The notes: generated from the sequence alone by a model not told the origin. DNA of 64,000 nt from Candidatus Latescibacterota bacterium (GCA_963662665.2 CAXXJS010000021.1:1-64000), one strand, 5' to 3'. Counted from the first letter of the stretch, positions 1 to 10,940 are shown. A program made the numbers and translations.

Positions 1-4
1 CCGG

Positions 5-1060
5 GTGCATACGGACGAAGGACCGGTGGGATTGGGTGAGGCAACCTACTCCCAGAAAGAGCCGGTGGTGGTTTCGGCGCTGGAACATATGAAACAGGAA
101 CTGGTCGGCGAAGATGTATCGCGGATCGAGTATCTCTGGCACAAGATCTACAGGATATCGTCGCTCAGCGGGATCTGGCGGATGGTGGGTCCGGTCTGGA
201 TGAGCGCCCTGAGCGGAATCGATCAGGCGTTGTGGGACCTGAAGGGGAAGGCGGCGAACCTCCCGCTGGTCGAGTTGCTCGGCGGGAAGTTCCGGGACAG
301 GGTCCGCGTCTATACCCACTTCGGAGGAGCGACGCCCGAGGCGTCGGCACGGCACGCCCGGTTCTGGGCGGACCGGGGTTACCGCGCGCTGAAGACCGGA
401 GCGCGATCCAATACGGGGCGGCCGTTCGAATTCTACCTGGACGACGGCGCACCGGACGAAACCGCGTCCTATTTCGCGGCCGCCAGGGAAGCGGTAGGTC
501 CGGATGTCGACCTTCTGGTTGACTGTCACGGGCGGTTTACGGTTGGCGGGGCCGTACGGCTGGCCCGCGCGCTGGAGCCATATGGTCTGTTCTGTTTCGA
601 GGACCCGGTTCCTCCGGAGGATCTGTCCGCGTATCCGAAAGTGAGAAGCCAGACTTCCATTCCGATAATGGGCAGCGAACGGCTCAACACCAAAACGCAG
701 TACCGGCAACTGCTGGAACTGGATGGAATCGATATCGCACAGCCGGACCTCATCTACGCGGGCGGGATTACGGAGGTGAAGAAGATCGCGGCAATTGCCG
801 ATACCTATCACGTTCCGATTTCCTTTCACAATACGAAGGGGCCCGTGGGTATTCTTGCGGCGGCGCATCTGCTGGCTTCCATCCCGAACGAAGCGCCGAT
901 GGAGTTTGTGACCGGAATCGAATGGCGGGATGAGATTCTGGTCGAACCCCTTAAGATCGAAGGCGGCTGCCTGGTGGTGCCGGACGGGCCGGGTCTGGGC
1001 GTGGAATTGAACATGGAGGGTGTGGAGAAACATCGGTGGCGCGAGGGAGATCCCTATTGA
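5..1060 (+). CDS. Mandelate racemase/muconate lactonizing enzyme family dehydratase (galactonate dehydratase-like); 5' end probably outside window
   Basis: ALSGIDQALWDLKGK capping motif, DCHG, FEDP, GSERL, DIAQPD and C-terminal PGLG of the enolase superfamily. Confidence 0.88.
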   Translation: MHTDEGPVGLGEATYSQKEPVVVSALEHMKQELVGEDVSRIEYLWHKIYRISSLSGIWRMVGPVWMSALSGIDQALWDLKGKAANLPLVELLGGKFRDRVRVYTHFGGATPEASARHARFWADRGYRALKTGARSNTGRPFEFYLDDGAPDETASYFAAAREAVGPDVDLLVDCHGRFTVGGAVRLARALEPYGLFCFEDPVPPEDLSAYPKVRSQTSIPIMGSERLNTKTQYRQLLELDGIDIAQPDLIYAGGITEVKKIAAIADTYHVPISFHNTKGPVGILAAAHLLASIPNEAPMEFVTGIEWRDEILVEPLKIEGGCLVVPDGPGLGVELNMEGVEKHRWREGDPY

Positions 1061-1153
1061 CGCAACGGCGGGGCCCTGTCGTGCCGGTGTCTATCTCGTC
1101 AATGCCCGGCTTCCAGGCCGATCGTTCGGGCCCGTTCCGGAAGAGCATCGACA

Positions 1154-2785
1154 ATGCTTGACGTTTTGATCCGAAATGCCAGACTCGTCGACGGAACCGG
1201 TGCAGCCCCCTTCGCGGGCGACGTGGGAATCGAAGGGGACAGCATCGCAGCCGTAGGGGATGTTTCGGGCCCGTCCAGGGTCGAGATTGACGCCGCAGGG
1301 TTGACGGCGGCACCTGGTTTTATCGACATCCATACCCACTCAGACTACAGCCTGCTGATCGACGGGAGGGGCGAGAGTGCGCTCTATCAGGGCGTGACGA
1401 CCCACGTGTGCGGAAACTGCGGCATTTCGGCATTTCCGGTGGGAAGGAACGGGTTCTATTTCGGTCCGTTCGACTCGGCTCGACTGCGGTCTGAAGCCGC
1501 CGGAGATTGGTCCTCCGCAGCCGGATATTTCAATGCGCTGGAGCGGCAGGGCGTGGCCATCAATGCCGCGTTTTTTGTGGGCCATGGCGCCGTCCGGCAC
1601 ACGGTGATGGGGCAATCCACGCAACCGCCCGCCCCTCATGAGATGGAGGGAATGAAAGCGCTGGTGGATGCCCAGATGGCCGAGGGTGCGCTGGGACTGT
1701 CCACCGGGCTGACCTATATGCCGGGCAGCAGCGCGAAGACAGACGAAATCATCGAGCTGTCGGCCGTAACCGCCCCGTACGGCGGCATATACGCGACGCA
1801 CATGCGCAACTATACGGCGTCCATAATGGAGGCGTTGGAGGAGGCGATCAATATTGGGCGGGAGGCGGGCGTTCCCGTGCACGCCTCCCATATAACGCCC
1901 TGTCCGCCGGCTACGGGTTCAGCCGCCCGTCTGCTGGATCGGATTGAACGCGCGCGGGCGGAAGGGCAGGATGTAACGGCGGAAACGGAGTTCTATGCGA
2001 CCGGGTCCACGTCGCTCAAGTCTCTCCTGCCGCCCTGGGCGCTGGACGGCGGAAACCGGATGATGGTGGAACGATTGAAGGAGACCCGACAGCGGAAGGT
2101 GATGTGGCAGGAGATTCAGGAAAGCGGATCGGAACTCGGCGGGAGCACGAAGACGGTCCTGATGCAGCGCGGGCTCTGGAACAAACTCTGGCTGGGCAAT
2201 TGCGCCGTTAACGCGTCGATGACCGGCAGGACCTTCGCCGAAATCGGTCGAATTCGAAATATGCACCCGTTTGAGGCAATCTGCGACGTTCTCATTGATG
2301 AAGGCGGCGCCGCCAGCTTTTACGGGGAGGACAAGACCGACCAGGACATCGACTGTCTCGCACAGGGGGCGTATTGCGGGGTGGGTTCGGATGGGCTGGC
2401 TATGGCCAATACGGGTCCGTTGGCGGGCGAAAGGGAACACCCCCGATGTTACGGGGGCATGGCGTATCTGATTCGGACGCTGGTACGCGAACGGAGTGTA
2501 CTGTCCCTTGAGTCCCTCGTGCAAAAGCTGACGCGGTTTCCGGCCGATCGTATGGGGTTTACGGACCGGGGTCATCTACAGGAAGGAAAACGGGCGGACC
2601 TGGTCCTGTTCGATCCCGAAGGCATGCTGGACCGGGCGACGATTCAGAATCCCTGTCTGTATTCGGAAGGGGTCCGCTGGCTTTTTGTCAACGGCGTCGC
2701 CGCAATTGAGCACGGCAGGGCAACGGGAACGAGAGCCGGCAGGGTGTTGCGGCGAGGGCTTTCCCGAAACCGTGGTCAGGGGTAG
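1154..2785 (+). CDS. N-acyl-D-amino-acid deacylase (D-aminoacylase), amidohydrolase superfamily
   Basis: PGFIDIHTHSD, GNCG, GLSTGLTY, HMRN, GSDG, HPRCYG, G-ADLVLFDP motifs. Confidence 0.9.
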   Translation: MLDVLIRNARLVDGTGAAPFAGDVGIEGDSIAAVGDVSGPSRVEIDAAGLTAAPGFIDIHTHSDYSLLIDGRGESALYQGVTTHVCGNCGISAFPVGRNGFYFGPFDSARLRSEAAGDWSSAAGYFNALERQGVAINAAFFVGHGAVRHTVMGQSTQPPAPHEMEGMKALVDAQMAEGALGLSTGLTYMPGSSAKTDEIIELSAVTAPYGGIYATHMRNYTASIMEALEEAINIGREAGVPVHASHITPCPPATGSAARLLDRIERARAEGQDVTAETEFYATGSTSLKSLLPPWALDGGNRMMVERLKETRQRKVMWQEIQESGSELGGSTKTVLMQRGLWNKLWLGNCAVNASMTGRTFAEIGRIRNMHPFEAICDVLIDEGGAASFYGEDKTDQDIDCLAQGAYCGVGSDGLAMANTGPLAGEREHPRCYGGMAYLIRTLVRERSVLSLESLVQKLTRFPADRMGFTDRGHLQEGKRADLVLFDPEGMLDRATIQNPCLYSEGVRWLFVNGVAAIEHGRATGTRAGRVLRRGLSRNRGQG

Positions 2786-2841
2786 CACGGGGCGGGCGGA
2801 CGCGTAGATATCCGGGAGTCGGAGGGTTTCGCGCGGCCATC

Positions 2842-2863
2842 TGTAAAAGGAGTCAATTTTACA
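2842..2863. promoter_or_regulatory. Inverted repeat TGTAAAA-N8-TTTTACA, possible operator
   Basis: Perfect 7-bp AT-rich inverted repeat in a GC-rich intergenic region just upstream of the acylase gene. Confidence 0.3.
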
Positions 2864-2879
2864 AACGGGTTGTCCAGGT

Positions 2880-5246
2880 ATGGGATCAGGAACCCTCACG
2901 TCACCAGATCGCGAACTATTGCCGCCGCCCGGATCGAAACGCGAATGTCGGGGTTTCAGTAGTACCCGCGTGCCGGCGTGGATCAGGATTTTCTCGGGCG
3001 TCATGCTGATTTGTGCTGTTTGGATCGACGGTGCAGAAGCGGCGCCTCCGTCCACCTATCAGGATAGCGTGAATTTGCTGCTCCCCGAGGTGCCCCTGAA
3101 TTCTCTCCTGGTGAAGTATGGAGATTCGCTGTTCAGACCGCCTGAAGGCAGGGCGCGGATTCTGAGGGATCGCTATGGCGTTCCTCACATTTTCGGCCGG
3201 CGCGACGTCGACGTTGCGTTCGGCTTCGGCTACGCACAAGCGCAGGATCACCTTATACCCATGTTGCTGAACTTCCGGTCGGCGGCCGGGACGGCCTCGG
3301 AGGTGCTTGGCGCCGGTCACCTGGAGAGCGACGAGCGGGCGCTGCTCTGGCGAATCAGGGGCGTGGCCGTCGAACGATACGGCGCGCTGGCCCCTGAGAC
3401 CCGGGATCTGCTGCGCGCTTTTGCGGACGGCATAAACCATTATATCGAAGTTTACAGGGAGAGGTTGCCCGATTGGGTAGGCCCCGTGGGCGGCACGGAC
3501 GTCGTGGCGCTGTCCCGGTGGCTGATGATGTTGTTTGCGGAGCGTGCGGGGTTGCTCGAATTGCAGGAGAAAGGACTGACGCCGTTGCTGCGTGCCCATG
3601 CGACGTCGAATATGTGGGTTCTGGGAGGATCGCGCACCGCCAGCGGAAACCCTGTTTTCGTGATGGATGTGCACCTGCCGTGGCAGGCGCCCTTTCAACC
3701 GTACGAGGCGCACCTTGTCAGCCGGGAGGGGCTGAACGTGGCCGGCGTGACCCTGTTCGGCCTACCGGTCATACTGGCGGGCCACAATCGGCACATGGCG
3801 TGGTCTGTGGCGGCGAACGAGGCGGATGTTTTCGACCTGTACGAACTGAAGCTGGATCCGGCAAACCGCAATCGGTATGTGTTCGAGAAGGAAAAGCGGC
3901 GCATGTCGTCGCAGCGCGTGCGCATCAGGGTTAAGGAACCTCACGGAATCCGCGAGGTCGAACGGGAGTTGCTCTATTCCCACCACGGGCCGATTTACAA
4001 GGCCGTAGACGATTGGGCCTATGCGGGACGGTGCAGTGCCGAGGAGGTTGTCAATACGATAGGGCAGCTTTACGCGATCAATCGGGCCGGAGACCCGGAC
4101 GAGTTCGAAGGTGCGTTGCGGATGCTCCAGCTTCCCGCGTTCCATGTCCTGTACGGCGACGGCAAAGGGCGCATGTTGTATGTATTCAGCGCCCGCAGCC
4201 CGATCCGGGCCGAAGAATTCGATTGGCGGCGTCCCGTTCCAGGTTGGGTTCCGGATACGGAATGGCGAAGTGTTACGGGGTATGAGTGGCTTCCGAGAGT
4301 TCTGAATCCGCGGGCTGATTTCCTGCAGAATTGCAATGTGGCGCCGGAATTCGTTACGCATAACAGCGGGCTGAAGTCCGCGGACTTTCCAACTTATATG
4401 GGCTGGGGCGGGATGGACGACCGCGGCCGGCGGATATTGACCTGGCTGTCGGACAACCGGAGAGCGACTCTGCCGCAGCTGTTGGAACTGGCCAGAGATC
4501 CGTATCTGATCGCGGCGGAGGAATTGAAGGGCTTTATTTTCAGTGCATATAATCGAACGTGGTGGGAAATCTACGACCCGGAGAGACACCTTGCCCTTGC
4601 CGTGGAGATTCTGCGCGGATGGGACAACCGCGCGTCGGTCGACAGTCGTGCGACGCTGTTATTCTCAATATGGAAAGCGAGGTTTGTTCTGCTGCTTACG
4701 GGACTGTCGCCGGAGCAGCTGGATCGCGTTTCGGTTTTGGAGGAATTAGCGCTCGAGACATTGAGAATGACCGTCGAGCATATGATGACAACCTACGGGC
4801 GGCTGGACGTGCCCTGGGGCGAGGTACACGTGATCGAACGGGGCGATCACGTGTTCCCGGTGGGCGGTTCGGCGCCCGGGACTCGGGCTCTGCATACCAC
4901 GTGGTCGATGCCCGATGGCGAGGGTCTGTTCCGCGTCGACGGCGGATCGGCCTATACGATGGTGGCGGAGCTGGCGGATTCCACCCGGTCCTGGAGCCTC
5001 CAGTCTTTCGGCAACAGTGAGGATCCGGAGTCGGACAACTTTCACGATCAGGCGGCGATGCAGGCAAGTGGGGAACTGAAGCGTTTCCGACTTCAAAATG
5101 AAGAGATCCGTGCGGACCTGCGATCGGCGGTAACCGTGCCGCTCGAGCAGGCCGACGTCGACCGGGAGCAGTTTCGCGTCCGGTGGAAGCTGAAGTCGGC
5201 GTCAGACGAGTTGGCGGACCAGGCGCCTGAAGACGGAGGCGGTTGA
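2880..5246 (+). CDS. Penicillin acylase / Ntn-hydrolase family (S45), probably secreted; true start likely downstream of 2880
   Basis: RDRYGVPHI, FGFGYAQAQD, beta-subunit nucleophile SNMW, QNCN; hydrophobic signal-like segment ending AEA. Confidence 0.9.
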   Translation: MGSGTLTSPDRELLPPPGSKRECRGFSSTRVPAWIRIFSGVMLICAVWIDGAEAAPPSTYQDSVNLLLPEVPLNSLLVKYGDSLFRPPEGRARILRDRYGVPHIFGRRDVDVAFGFGYAQAQDHLIPMLLNFRSAAGTASEVLGAGHLESDERALLWRIRGVAVERYGALAPETRDLLRAFADGINHYIEVYRERLPDWVGPVGGTDVVALSRWLMMLFAERAGLLELQEKGLTPLLRAHATSNMWVLGGSRTASGNPVFVMDVHLPWQAPFQPYEAHLVSREGLNVAGVTLFGLPVILAGHNRHMAWSVAANEADVFDLYELKLDPANRNRYVFEKEKRRMSSQRVRIRVKEPHGIREVERELLYSHHGPIYKAVDDWAYAGRCSAEEVVNTIGQLYAINRAGDPDEFEGALRMLQLPAFHVLYGDGKGRMLYVFSARSPIRAEEFDWRRPVPGWVPDTEWRSVTGYEWLPRVLNPRADFLQNCNVAPEFVTHNSGLKSADFPTYMGWGGMDDRGRRILTWLSDNRRATLPQLLELARDPYLIAAEELKGFIFSAYNRTWWEIYDPERHLALAVEILRGWDNRASVDSRATLLFSIWKARFVLLLTGLSPEQLDRVSVLEELALETLRMTVEHMMTTYGRLDVPWGEVHVIERGDHVFPVGGSAPGTRALHTTWSMPDGEGLFRVDGGSAYTMVAELADSTRSWSLQSFGNSEDPESDNFHDQAAMQASGELKRFRLQNEEIRADLRSAVTVPLEQADVDREQFRVRWKLKSASDELADQAPEDGGG

Positions 5247-5249
5247 ATC

Positions 5250-6017
5250 GTGTTGCCCAGCATGCGTCTTGAAGACAAGGTCGTGATGGTGACCGGTGCG
5301 GGCTCCGGCATTGGCAGGGCGGTGGCCATTGCGGCGGCCGAGGCCGGCGCGCACTGCGTGCCCTGTGAATTGCCTGAGAGGACAAACGACTTGGAGTGCG
5401 TCTGCGCACAGATCGAACGTCTGGATCGGCGGGCGCTCCCCGTACCCCTGCGTCTGCCGGACCTGCAGAGCATTGAGCTCGCCGTTGAGAAAGCCGTCAG
5501 CGAGATGGAGCGGATAGACGTGTTGGTGAACAACGCGGGCGTGAATATACCCAGAGAGGCTCTGGACGTCGACGAAGCAGACTGGGACGGCGTGATGGAC
5601 GTGAATCTTAAGGGTCTGTTCTTCATGTCCCAGCGCGTTGGCCGGCGGATGGTGGACGCCGGAGGCGGAAAGATCGTCAATATCGCGTCGCAGAACGGCG
5701 TGATCGGTTACTACCGCCGCGCGGCCTACTGTTCGAGCAAAGCCGGCGTGGTGAATCTGACCCGCGTGCTGGCCCTCGAATGGGCGCCGCACGGCATCAC
5801 CGTGAATGCCGTGGGTCCCACGTTTATCCTGACGCCGCTTACGCAGTCCACATTCAACGATCCGGCGCTTCGGGAGGATCTGCTGAAGCGGATACCGCTC
5901 GGGCGGGTGGGACGGCCCGAGGACGTTGTGGGGGCCGTGGTTTTCCTCGCGAGCCCTGCGGCGGACCTGATTACGGGTCATACGCTTCTGGTAGACGGAG
6001 GCTGGACGGCCGTCTAG
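5250..6017 (+). CDS. Short-chain dehydrogenase/reductase
   Basis: TGAGSGIG, NNAG, YCSSK catalytic motif, VDGG. Confidence 0.93.
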   Translation: MLPSMRLEDKVVMVTGAGSGIGRAVAIAAAEAGAHCVPCELPERTNDLECVCAQIERLDRRALPVPLRLPDLQSIELAVEKAVSEMERIDVLVNNAGVNIPREALDVDEADWDGVMDVNLKGLFFMSQRVGRRMVDAGGGKIVNIASQNGVIGYYRRAAYCSSKAGVVNLTRVLALEWAPHGITVNAVGPTFILTPLTQSTFNDPALREDLLKRIPLGRVGRPEDVVGAVVFLASPAADLITGHTLLVDGGWTAV

Positions 6018-6186
6018 CAGTCCGTTGTTAAAGTCGCTCTGCAGGCGAGGGAGCGCAACGCAGTATTTCGACCGCAAGGGCCGGCCGTAGCCCGGATGGA
6101 CTCTATCAAAGGGCTGATAGGACGCGGATTTCGCCGGGCAAGGTGTGTGCCCTCGATGGCTGAGACTTCTTGAACCGGATGGACGA

Positions 6187-7152
6187 ATGGATTCGCTAGG
6201 GATATCCGAGGTCGCCGTAATCGGGGGCGGAACCATGGGCTCCGTTATCGCCGGCATGTTCGCGCGGGCGGGATGTCATGTCCATCTCGCAGACATCAGC
6301 GATGCACTGCTGGATAAGGCAATGGCGCGTATGCGGCTGGGTCAGGAAGCGCTGGTTGAAGCGGGCCTGCTGCTTACACGGGACGCGGATGCGGCGGTTT
6401 CGCGGGTGACGACCACAACGGATCTGGCTGACGCGTGTGAGGGATCGGACCTTCTGTTGGAAGCGGTAACCGAAGACCTCGCGCTCAAGCAGGAGCTGTT
6501 TGCAGAATTTGACAGGCTTTGCCCGCCGGAAACCGTTCTGGCCACCAATACTTCCGGCCTGTCCGTGTCCGCTATCGCCGGCGCGACCGGTCGTTCGGAC
6601 AGGGTGGGCGGGATGCACTTCTGGAACCCGCCCCATCTGATACCCCTGGTGGAAGTGATACGCGCCGATACGACCTCCGAAGAAACGGCGGAACTCTTGA
6701 AAACGGTTGCCCTCGGGCTGAACAAGAAACCGATCCTGGTGCGGCGGGATATCCCCGGGTTCGTGGGCAACCGCCTGCAGTTTGCCGTCGTGCGGGAGGC
6801 GTTGCACCTGCTGGAGGAAGGCGTGGCGTCGGCGGAGGATATCGACACCGCAATGACCGCCGGCCCAGGACTCAGGTACAGCTTCCTGGGGCCGCTCCGG
6901 ACGGCCGACCTGGGTGGATTGGACGTATTTCGAGCCATTAGCAGCTATCTGTTCGCCCGGCTTGGCGCGGGCAGAGAGGCGCCGGAAGCGCTGAATGAGC
7001 TTGTTGCACAGGGAAAGCTCGGCGCAAAGACCGGCTCGGGGTTCTATAATTATACCGATGCCGATCAGGGGCGGTTCTTGCGCCATCGGGACCGGACCCT
7101 GTTGAGACTGCTGGAGGTTCTGGACGCAGAAGAGGACGAAAATCATGGCTGA
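6187..7152 (+). CDS. 3-hydroxyacyl-CoA dehydrogenase
   Basis: GGGTMG, EAVTE, NTS, HFWNPPH, PGFVGNRL; ATG 6187 preferred to 6145. Confidence 0.9.
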   Translation: MDSLGISEVAVIGGGTMGSVIAGMFARAGCHVHLADISDALLDKAMARMRLGQEALVEAGLLLTRDADAAVSRVTTTTDLADACEGSDLLLEAVTEDLALKQELFAEFDRLCPPETVLATNTSGLSVSAIAGATGRSDRVGGMHFWNPPHLIPLVEVIRADTTSEETAELLKTVALGLNKKPILVRRDIPGFVGNRLQFAVVREALHLLEEGVASAEDIDTAMTAGPGLRYSFLGPLRTADLGGLDVFRAISSYLFARLGAGREAPEALNELVAQGKLGAKTGSGFYNYTDADQGRFLRHRDRTLLRLLEVLDAEEDENHG

Positions 7153-8143
7153 GTTGGCATCTGGCGCTGGACCGTTGTTCACAGACCCCGACCCGGAGAC
7201 GGCGCGAGGGTTCTTCCGCGGGAAACGCGCGGCGTTCGATGACAAAGTGACGTCCGTACGGAATGCGGTGGGCCGTTTTGTGAAAGACGGTGATTACGTC
7301 GCATCCGGCGGATTCGGCGCGAACCGGATTTCAACCGCTTGCATGCACGAGATCCTGCGGCAGGGCAAGCTGGATCTGGGTTTCGCTGGGCACACGACCA
7401 CACACGACTTCGAAATCCTGGCTGCCGGCAACCGTAATGGCCGGATGCTGCTATCGCGGGTGGATGCGGCCTACATTGTGGGGCTGGAGGCAAGGGGCTT
7501 GTCGCCGCAAGCCCGGCGGACGATGGAAAGCGGTGAAGTCACGGTGTGTGAGTGGTCCAACTTTGCCCTGGCGGCGCGTTTCAGGGCCGCGGCAGCGGGC
7601 GTGCCGTTCATGCCGATGCGGAGCATTCTGGGTACAGACACCTTCCGGCGAAGCGCGGCAAAGGAAATCATCTGTCCGTTCACGGGCCACAAACTCCTGG
7701 CGGTGCCGGCACTGTATCCCGATGTCTCGTTTATCCACGTACACGAAAGCGATCCCAGCGGAAACTGCCGGATTCACGGGATCTCGGTTGCGGATTTCGA
7801 CCTCGCGCGGGCGTCGAAACGGCTTGTCATTACAACGGAGCGGCTCGTCAGCACGGATGAGATTCGTCGGACACCGGAGGCCACTGTGATTCCCGCATTC
7901 TGCGTGGACGCGGTCTGCGAGGTCCCGTTCGGTTCTTACCCGGGAAATATGGCGGGCGAGTATTTCTCGGATGAAGTCCACCTCAAGGAATGGCTGGACG
8001 TTGAAAAGGATGAGGAGCGGTTTGAGGCTTTTCTTGAGAAATTTATCTACGGTGTGGCGTGCTTTGAGGAATACGTGCGCCTTTGCGGCGGCACGGAACG
8101 CCTTGAGGAACTGCGGCGTATAGAGTTGCATCCGGAGTCATAG
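7145..8143 (+). CDS. gctA: CoA-transferase subunit A (glutaconate CoA-transferase-like)
   Basis: VKDGD, AAAAGVPFMP, CPFTG, VDAVCEVPFGSYP; adjacent to B subunit. Confidence 0.82.
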   Translation: MAELASGAGPLFTDPDPETARGFFRGKRAAFDDKVTSVRNAVGRFVKDGDYVASGGFGANRISTACMHEILRQGKLDLGFAGHTTTHDFEILAAGNRNGRMLLSRVDAAYIVGLEARGLSPQARRTMESGEVTVCEWSNFALAARFRAAAAGVPFMPMRSILGTDTFRRSAAKEIICPFTGHKLLAVPALYPDVSFIHVHESDPSGNCRIHGISVADFDLARASKRLVITTERLVSTDEIRRTPEATVIPAFCVDAVCEVPFGSYPGNMAGEYFSDEVHLKEWLDVEKDEERFEAFLEKFIYGVACFEEYVRLCGGTERLEELRRIELHPES

Positions 8144-8206
8144 CCCGGGTGGCGGCGCCGGACTCCGGCGTTGTCCGGATCCGATCACGTTCGAAAGGTT
8201 CAGCGC

Positions 8207-8974
8207 ATGCCTGAATACAGCGCCACCGAGCTGGCGATTTGCACGGCATCCAGAATGCTGGAGGACGGCGCGAGTGTGGGCGTTGGAACCGGCGCGCCGT
8301 GCGCAACCGCGATGCTTGCGCAAAAACGCCATGCCCCGCACCTGCTCGTGGCGTTCGAAGCGGGCGGGGTCGCGCCCCTCCTGCCGTCCATGCCAATCTC
8401 GGTTGGGGATTCACGGACGTTCCATCGGGCGCAGATGGCGACCAGTATGGGCGATGTCATGGAGGCATGCCAGCGGGGGATGATGGACTATGCTTTTCTG
8501 GGAGGCGCTCAGATCGATCCGTTCGGCAATCTGAACTCAACGGTGATCGGCTGTCACGGACATCCCGGGGTACGGTTTCCGGGCAGCGGCGGCGGGAATG
8601 ACTTCGCCAGTCTGTGCTGGCGCACGATGGTGATGACGCAGCACGATCGGCGGCGCTTCGTGGAGCGGCTGGATTTCTTGACGTCCCCCGGCTTTCTTTC
8701 GGGCCCTGGCGCCCGCGAGGCGGCAGGGTTGCCGGGCGGCGGCGGCCCCCACAAGGTGATTACGGATCTGGCGGTGATGGGGTATGATCCCGTGACCTGC
8801 CGCATGAGGGTGGAGCGTCTCCATCCGGGGGTCACGTTTGAAAGGGTTCAGGAGAACACCGGATTCGAGTTGCTGCAGGCGCCTCACGTGCGCGAAACGG
8901 CGCCGCCCGACGACGAGGAACTGCGCATCCTCAGGGAAGAGGTGGATCCCTACAGGTACATAATCGGCAGATGA
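8207..8974 (+). CDS. gctB: CoA-transferase subunit B (glutaconate CoA-transferase-like)
   Basis: Catalytic Glu in FEAG, LGGAQIDPFGNLN, PGSGGGND, VITDLAV, ENTGF. Confidence 0.85.
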   Translation: MPEYSATELAICTASRMLEDGASVGVGTGAPCATAMLAQKRHAPHLLVAFEAGGVAPLLPSMPISVGDSRTFHRAQMATSMGDVMEACQRGMMDYAFLGGAQIDPFGNLNSTVIGCHGHPGVRFPGSGGGNDFASLCWRTMVMTQHDRRRFVERLDFLTSPGFLSGPGAREAAGLPGGGGPHKVITDLAVMGYDPVTCRMRVERLHPGVTFERVQENTGFELLQAPHVRETAPPDDEELRILREEVDPYRYIIGR

Positions 8975-8990
8975 ACCGCGGAGGCTTCGC

Positions 8991-9854
8991 ATGTCATCAG
9001 TAAAGGAGATTTACAGGTTTGACGAGTTGACGTGGCCGGAGGTAAACGAGGCGGTCGCGATGGGGAAGATACCCATTGTTCCCACAGGATCCGTGGAACA
9101 GCACGGGCATCATCTGCCACTCAAGGTGGATCATCTCTGTGCCAATGCGGTTGCCACCGAGGCCGCGCGGCGGAAGCCGGAATTGAGCCTTGTATTGCCG
9201 CCGGTCAGCTATGGCTATGTCCATCATGTCATGGACTTTCCCGGTTCATTGAACATTCACTATGAACATTTCATACAATATGTGCTGGATATCTGCAAGA
9301 GTCTGGCCTATCATGGGTTCAAGAAGATGATTCTCGTGAACGGCCACGGATCCAACCACAATCTGGTGGACATGGTGGCCAGGCGTACGATTGTGGAGAC
9401 GGACGCGAGTTGCGTGTTCTGTTCCTGGTGGCAGTTGTTGAAGGTGAATCCGAATTTTGACAAGGAGTGGCGCGAGAGTGTTTTTCCCGGCGGATGCGCC
9501 CATGCGGGCGAACTGGAGACGTCGATGATGCTGTACCTGGCGCCGGAAAGCGTACGGAAGGATCGGATCAGGAGCGAGATCGCCAAAACGAACGAGCTGG
9601 GGTCGAAATATGTCTGGACGGATCTGTTCGCGAAGGGCGCGATGGGACTGATCGAGTGGACAAGCCAGTATACGGACAGCGGCGTGATGGGCGAGGCCGA
9701 GAAGGCGACAGCGGAAAAAGGAAAGGTCGTCTTTGAAGAGGCCAGCGGGAATCTGGCGGAGTTCATCGAGGAATACCACGCGATGAAAATCGCCGATCGC
9801 ACGAAGCACCAGACAAACGCGCCGACGTTTCCGCTGTCGTTTCCCACGGATTAG
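8991..9854 (+). CDS. Creatininase/creatinine amidohydrolase family
   Basis: GSVEQHGHHLP-D, NGHGSN, HAGELETS. Confidence 0.92.
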   Translation: MSSVKEIYRFDELTWPEVNEAVAMGKIPIVPTGSVEQHGHHLPLKVDHLCANAVATEAARRKPELSLVLPPVSYGYVHHVMDFPGSLNIHYEHFIQYVLDICKSLAYHGFKKMILVNGHGSNHNLVDMVARRTIVETDASCVFCSWWQLLKVNPNFDKEWRESVFPGGCAHAGELETSMMLYLAPESVRKDRIRSEIAKTNELGSKYVWTDLFAKGAMGLIEWTSQYTDSGVMGEAEKATAEKGKVVFEEASGNLAEFIEEYHAMKIADRTKHQTNAPTFPLSFPTD

Positions 9855-9971
9855 TTACTCATCGCCGAAGCCACGCCAGCAAAGGGTCGATAACGGTCGG
9901 TCTGCGTTCGAGCCGGGGAAGCGTTCGACCGACGGTGATTCTTCTGGGTTGTTTCCTAAAGGGGGTTCAGA

Positions 9972-10940
9972 ATGAAGCTTGTTACATATGGGATTGGAAG
10001 AGACCGGTATGTGGGGTCCGTGGTGGCCGATGGCAGAATCGTCGTGGATCTCTCGGCCGCGGAAAGAGAACTGGCAAGCGGCCAGGGCCGTGAAGCGCGT
10101 GGATACTTTGGCGATATGCTCGCGTTGCTCGATGCAGGCGGGGCCGGTCTGCGCGCGGCCAAACAGGTAACGCGCTTCGCCGAGGGCCGGCTTGGAGGGA
10201 AAGCGGACGGACGCCTTGGCCACCCGATCGGCAAGGTGCGGCTCAAGGCGCCCGTGCCGAACCCCCGCAAGGTGTTCTGCCTGGCAGGCAACTACCAGGA
10301 CCACATTGAAGAAGGCGGCGGGAAGATAGCCATCCAGGACAAGGAAACGCCACGGGTATTCATGAAGCCGCCGTCAACAACCGTGATCGGCCCCGGAGAC
10401 CGCATTCTGATTCCGCCCGTCGCCAGATCGATCGACTGGGAGGGGGAGTTGGCCGTGGTGATGGGACGCAGGGCGAAAGCCGTCAAGGCGGACGAAGCGC
10501 TGAAATACGTGGCCGGATATACCATTATGAACGATGTGTCGGAACGGGATCTGGTCATCAAGGAGCGCACCGACAGCCGCGACCGCGACAAGTGGTTCGA
10601 CTGGCTGAACGGAAAGTGGCTGGATACGTTCGGACCCCAGGGGCCGTGGATTGTGACGTCTGACGAGATCGGGGATCCCCAGTCGCTGGAGATCAGCACC
10701 TACGTGAACGGCGAACGAAAACAGAACAACAATACGGGGCAGATGTTGTACCCGGTCGATATGATCATTGAGTATATCTCGGCGATCATCACACTCGAGC
10801 CTGGTGACCTGATCAGTACCGGCACGATTTCCGGAGTCGGAGCGACCACGGGAACCTTCATGAAGCCAGGCGACCGCGTCGAAATCGAAATCACCGGAAT
10901 CGGCGTGTTGCACAACGGCGTGGCGGCAAGCAAGCGCTGA
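9972..10940 (+). CDS. Fumarylacetoacetate hydrolase family protein
   Basis: NYQDH, FMKP, DWEGEL, NDVSERD, GK-DTFGP-GP, LEPGDLISTGT. Confidence 0.93.
   Translation: MKLVTYGIGRDRYVGSVVADGRIVVDLSAAERELASGQGREARGYFGDMLALLDAGGAGLRAAKQVTRFAEGRLGGKADGRLGHPIGKVRLKAPVPNPRKVFCLAGNYQDHIEEGGGKIAIQDKETPRVFMKPPSTTVIGPGDRILIPPVARSIDWEGELAVVMGRRAKAVKADEALKYVAGYTIMNDVSERDLVIKERTDSRDRDKWFDWLNGKWLDTFGPQGPWIVTSDEIGDPQSLEISTYVNGERKQNNNTGQMLYPVDMIIEYISAIITLEPGDLISTGTISGVGATTGTFMKPGDRVEIEITGIGVLHNGVAASKR

Noticed and set aside
5202-7245. Long reverse-strand ORFs (351 and 349 aa) and many similar shadow ORFs across the window
   Set aside because: Antisense to well-supported genes, Arg/Pro-rich and motif-free, as expected in high-GC DNA
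8991-9854. Mycofactocin MftE assignment for the creatininase-family gene
   Set aside because: No precursor peptide or radical SAM genes in the window
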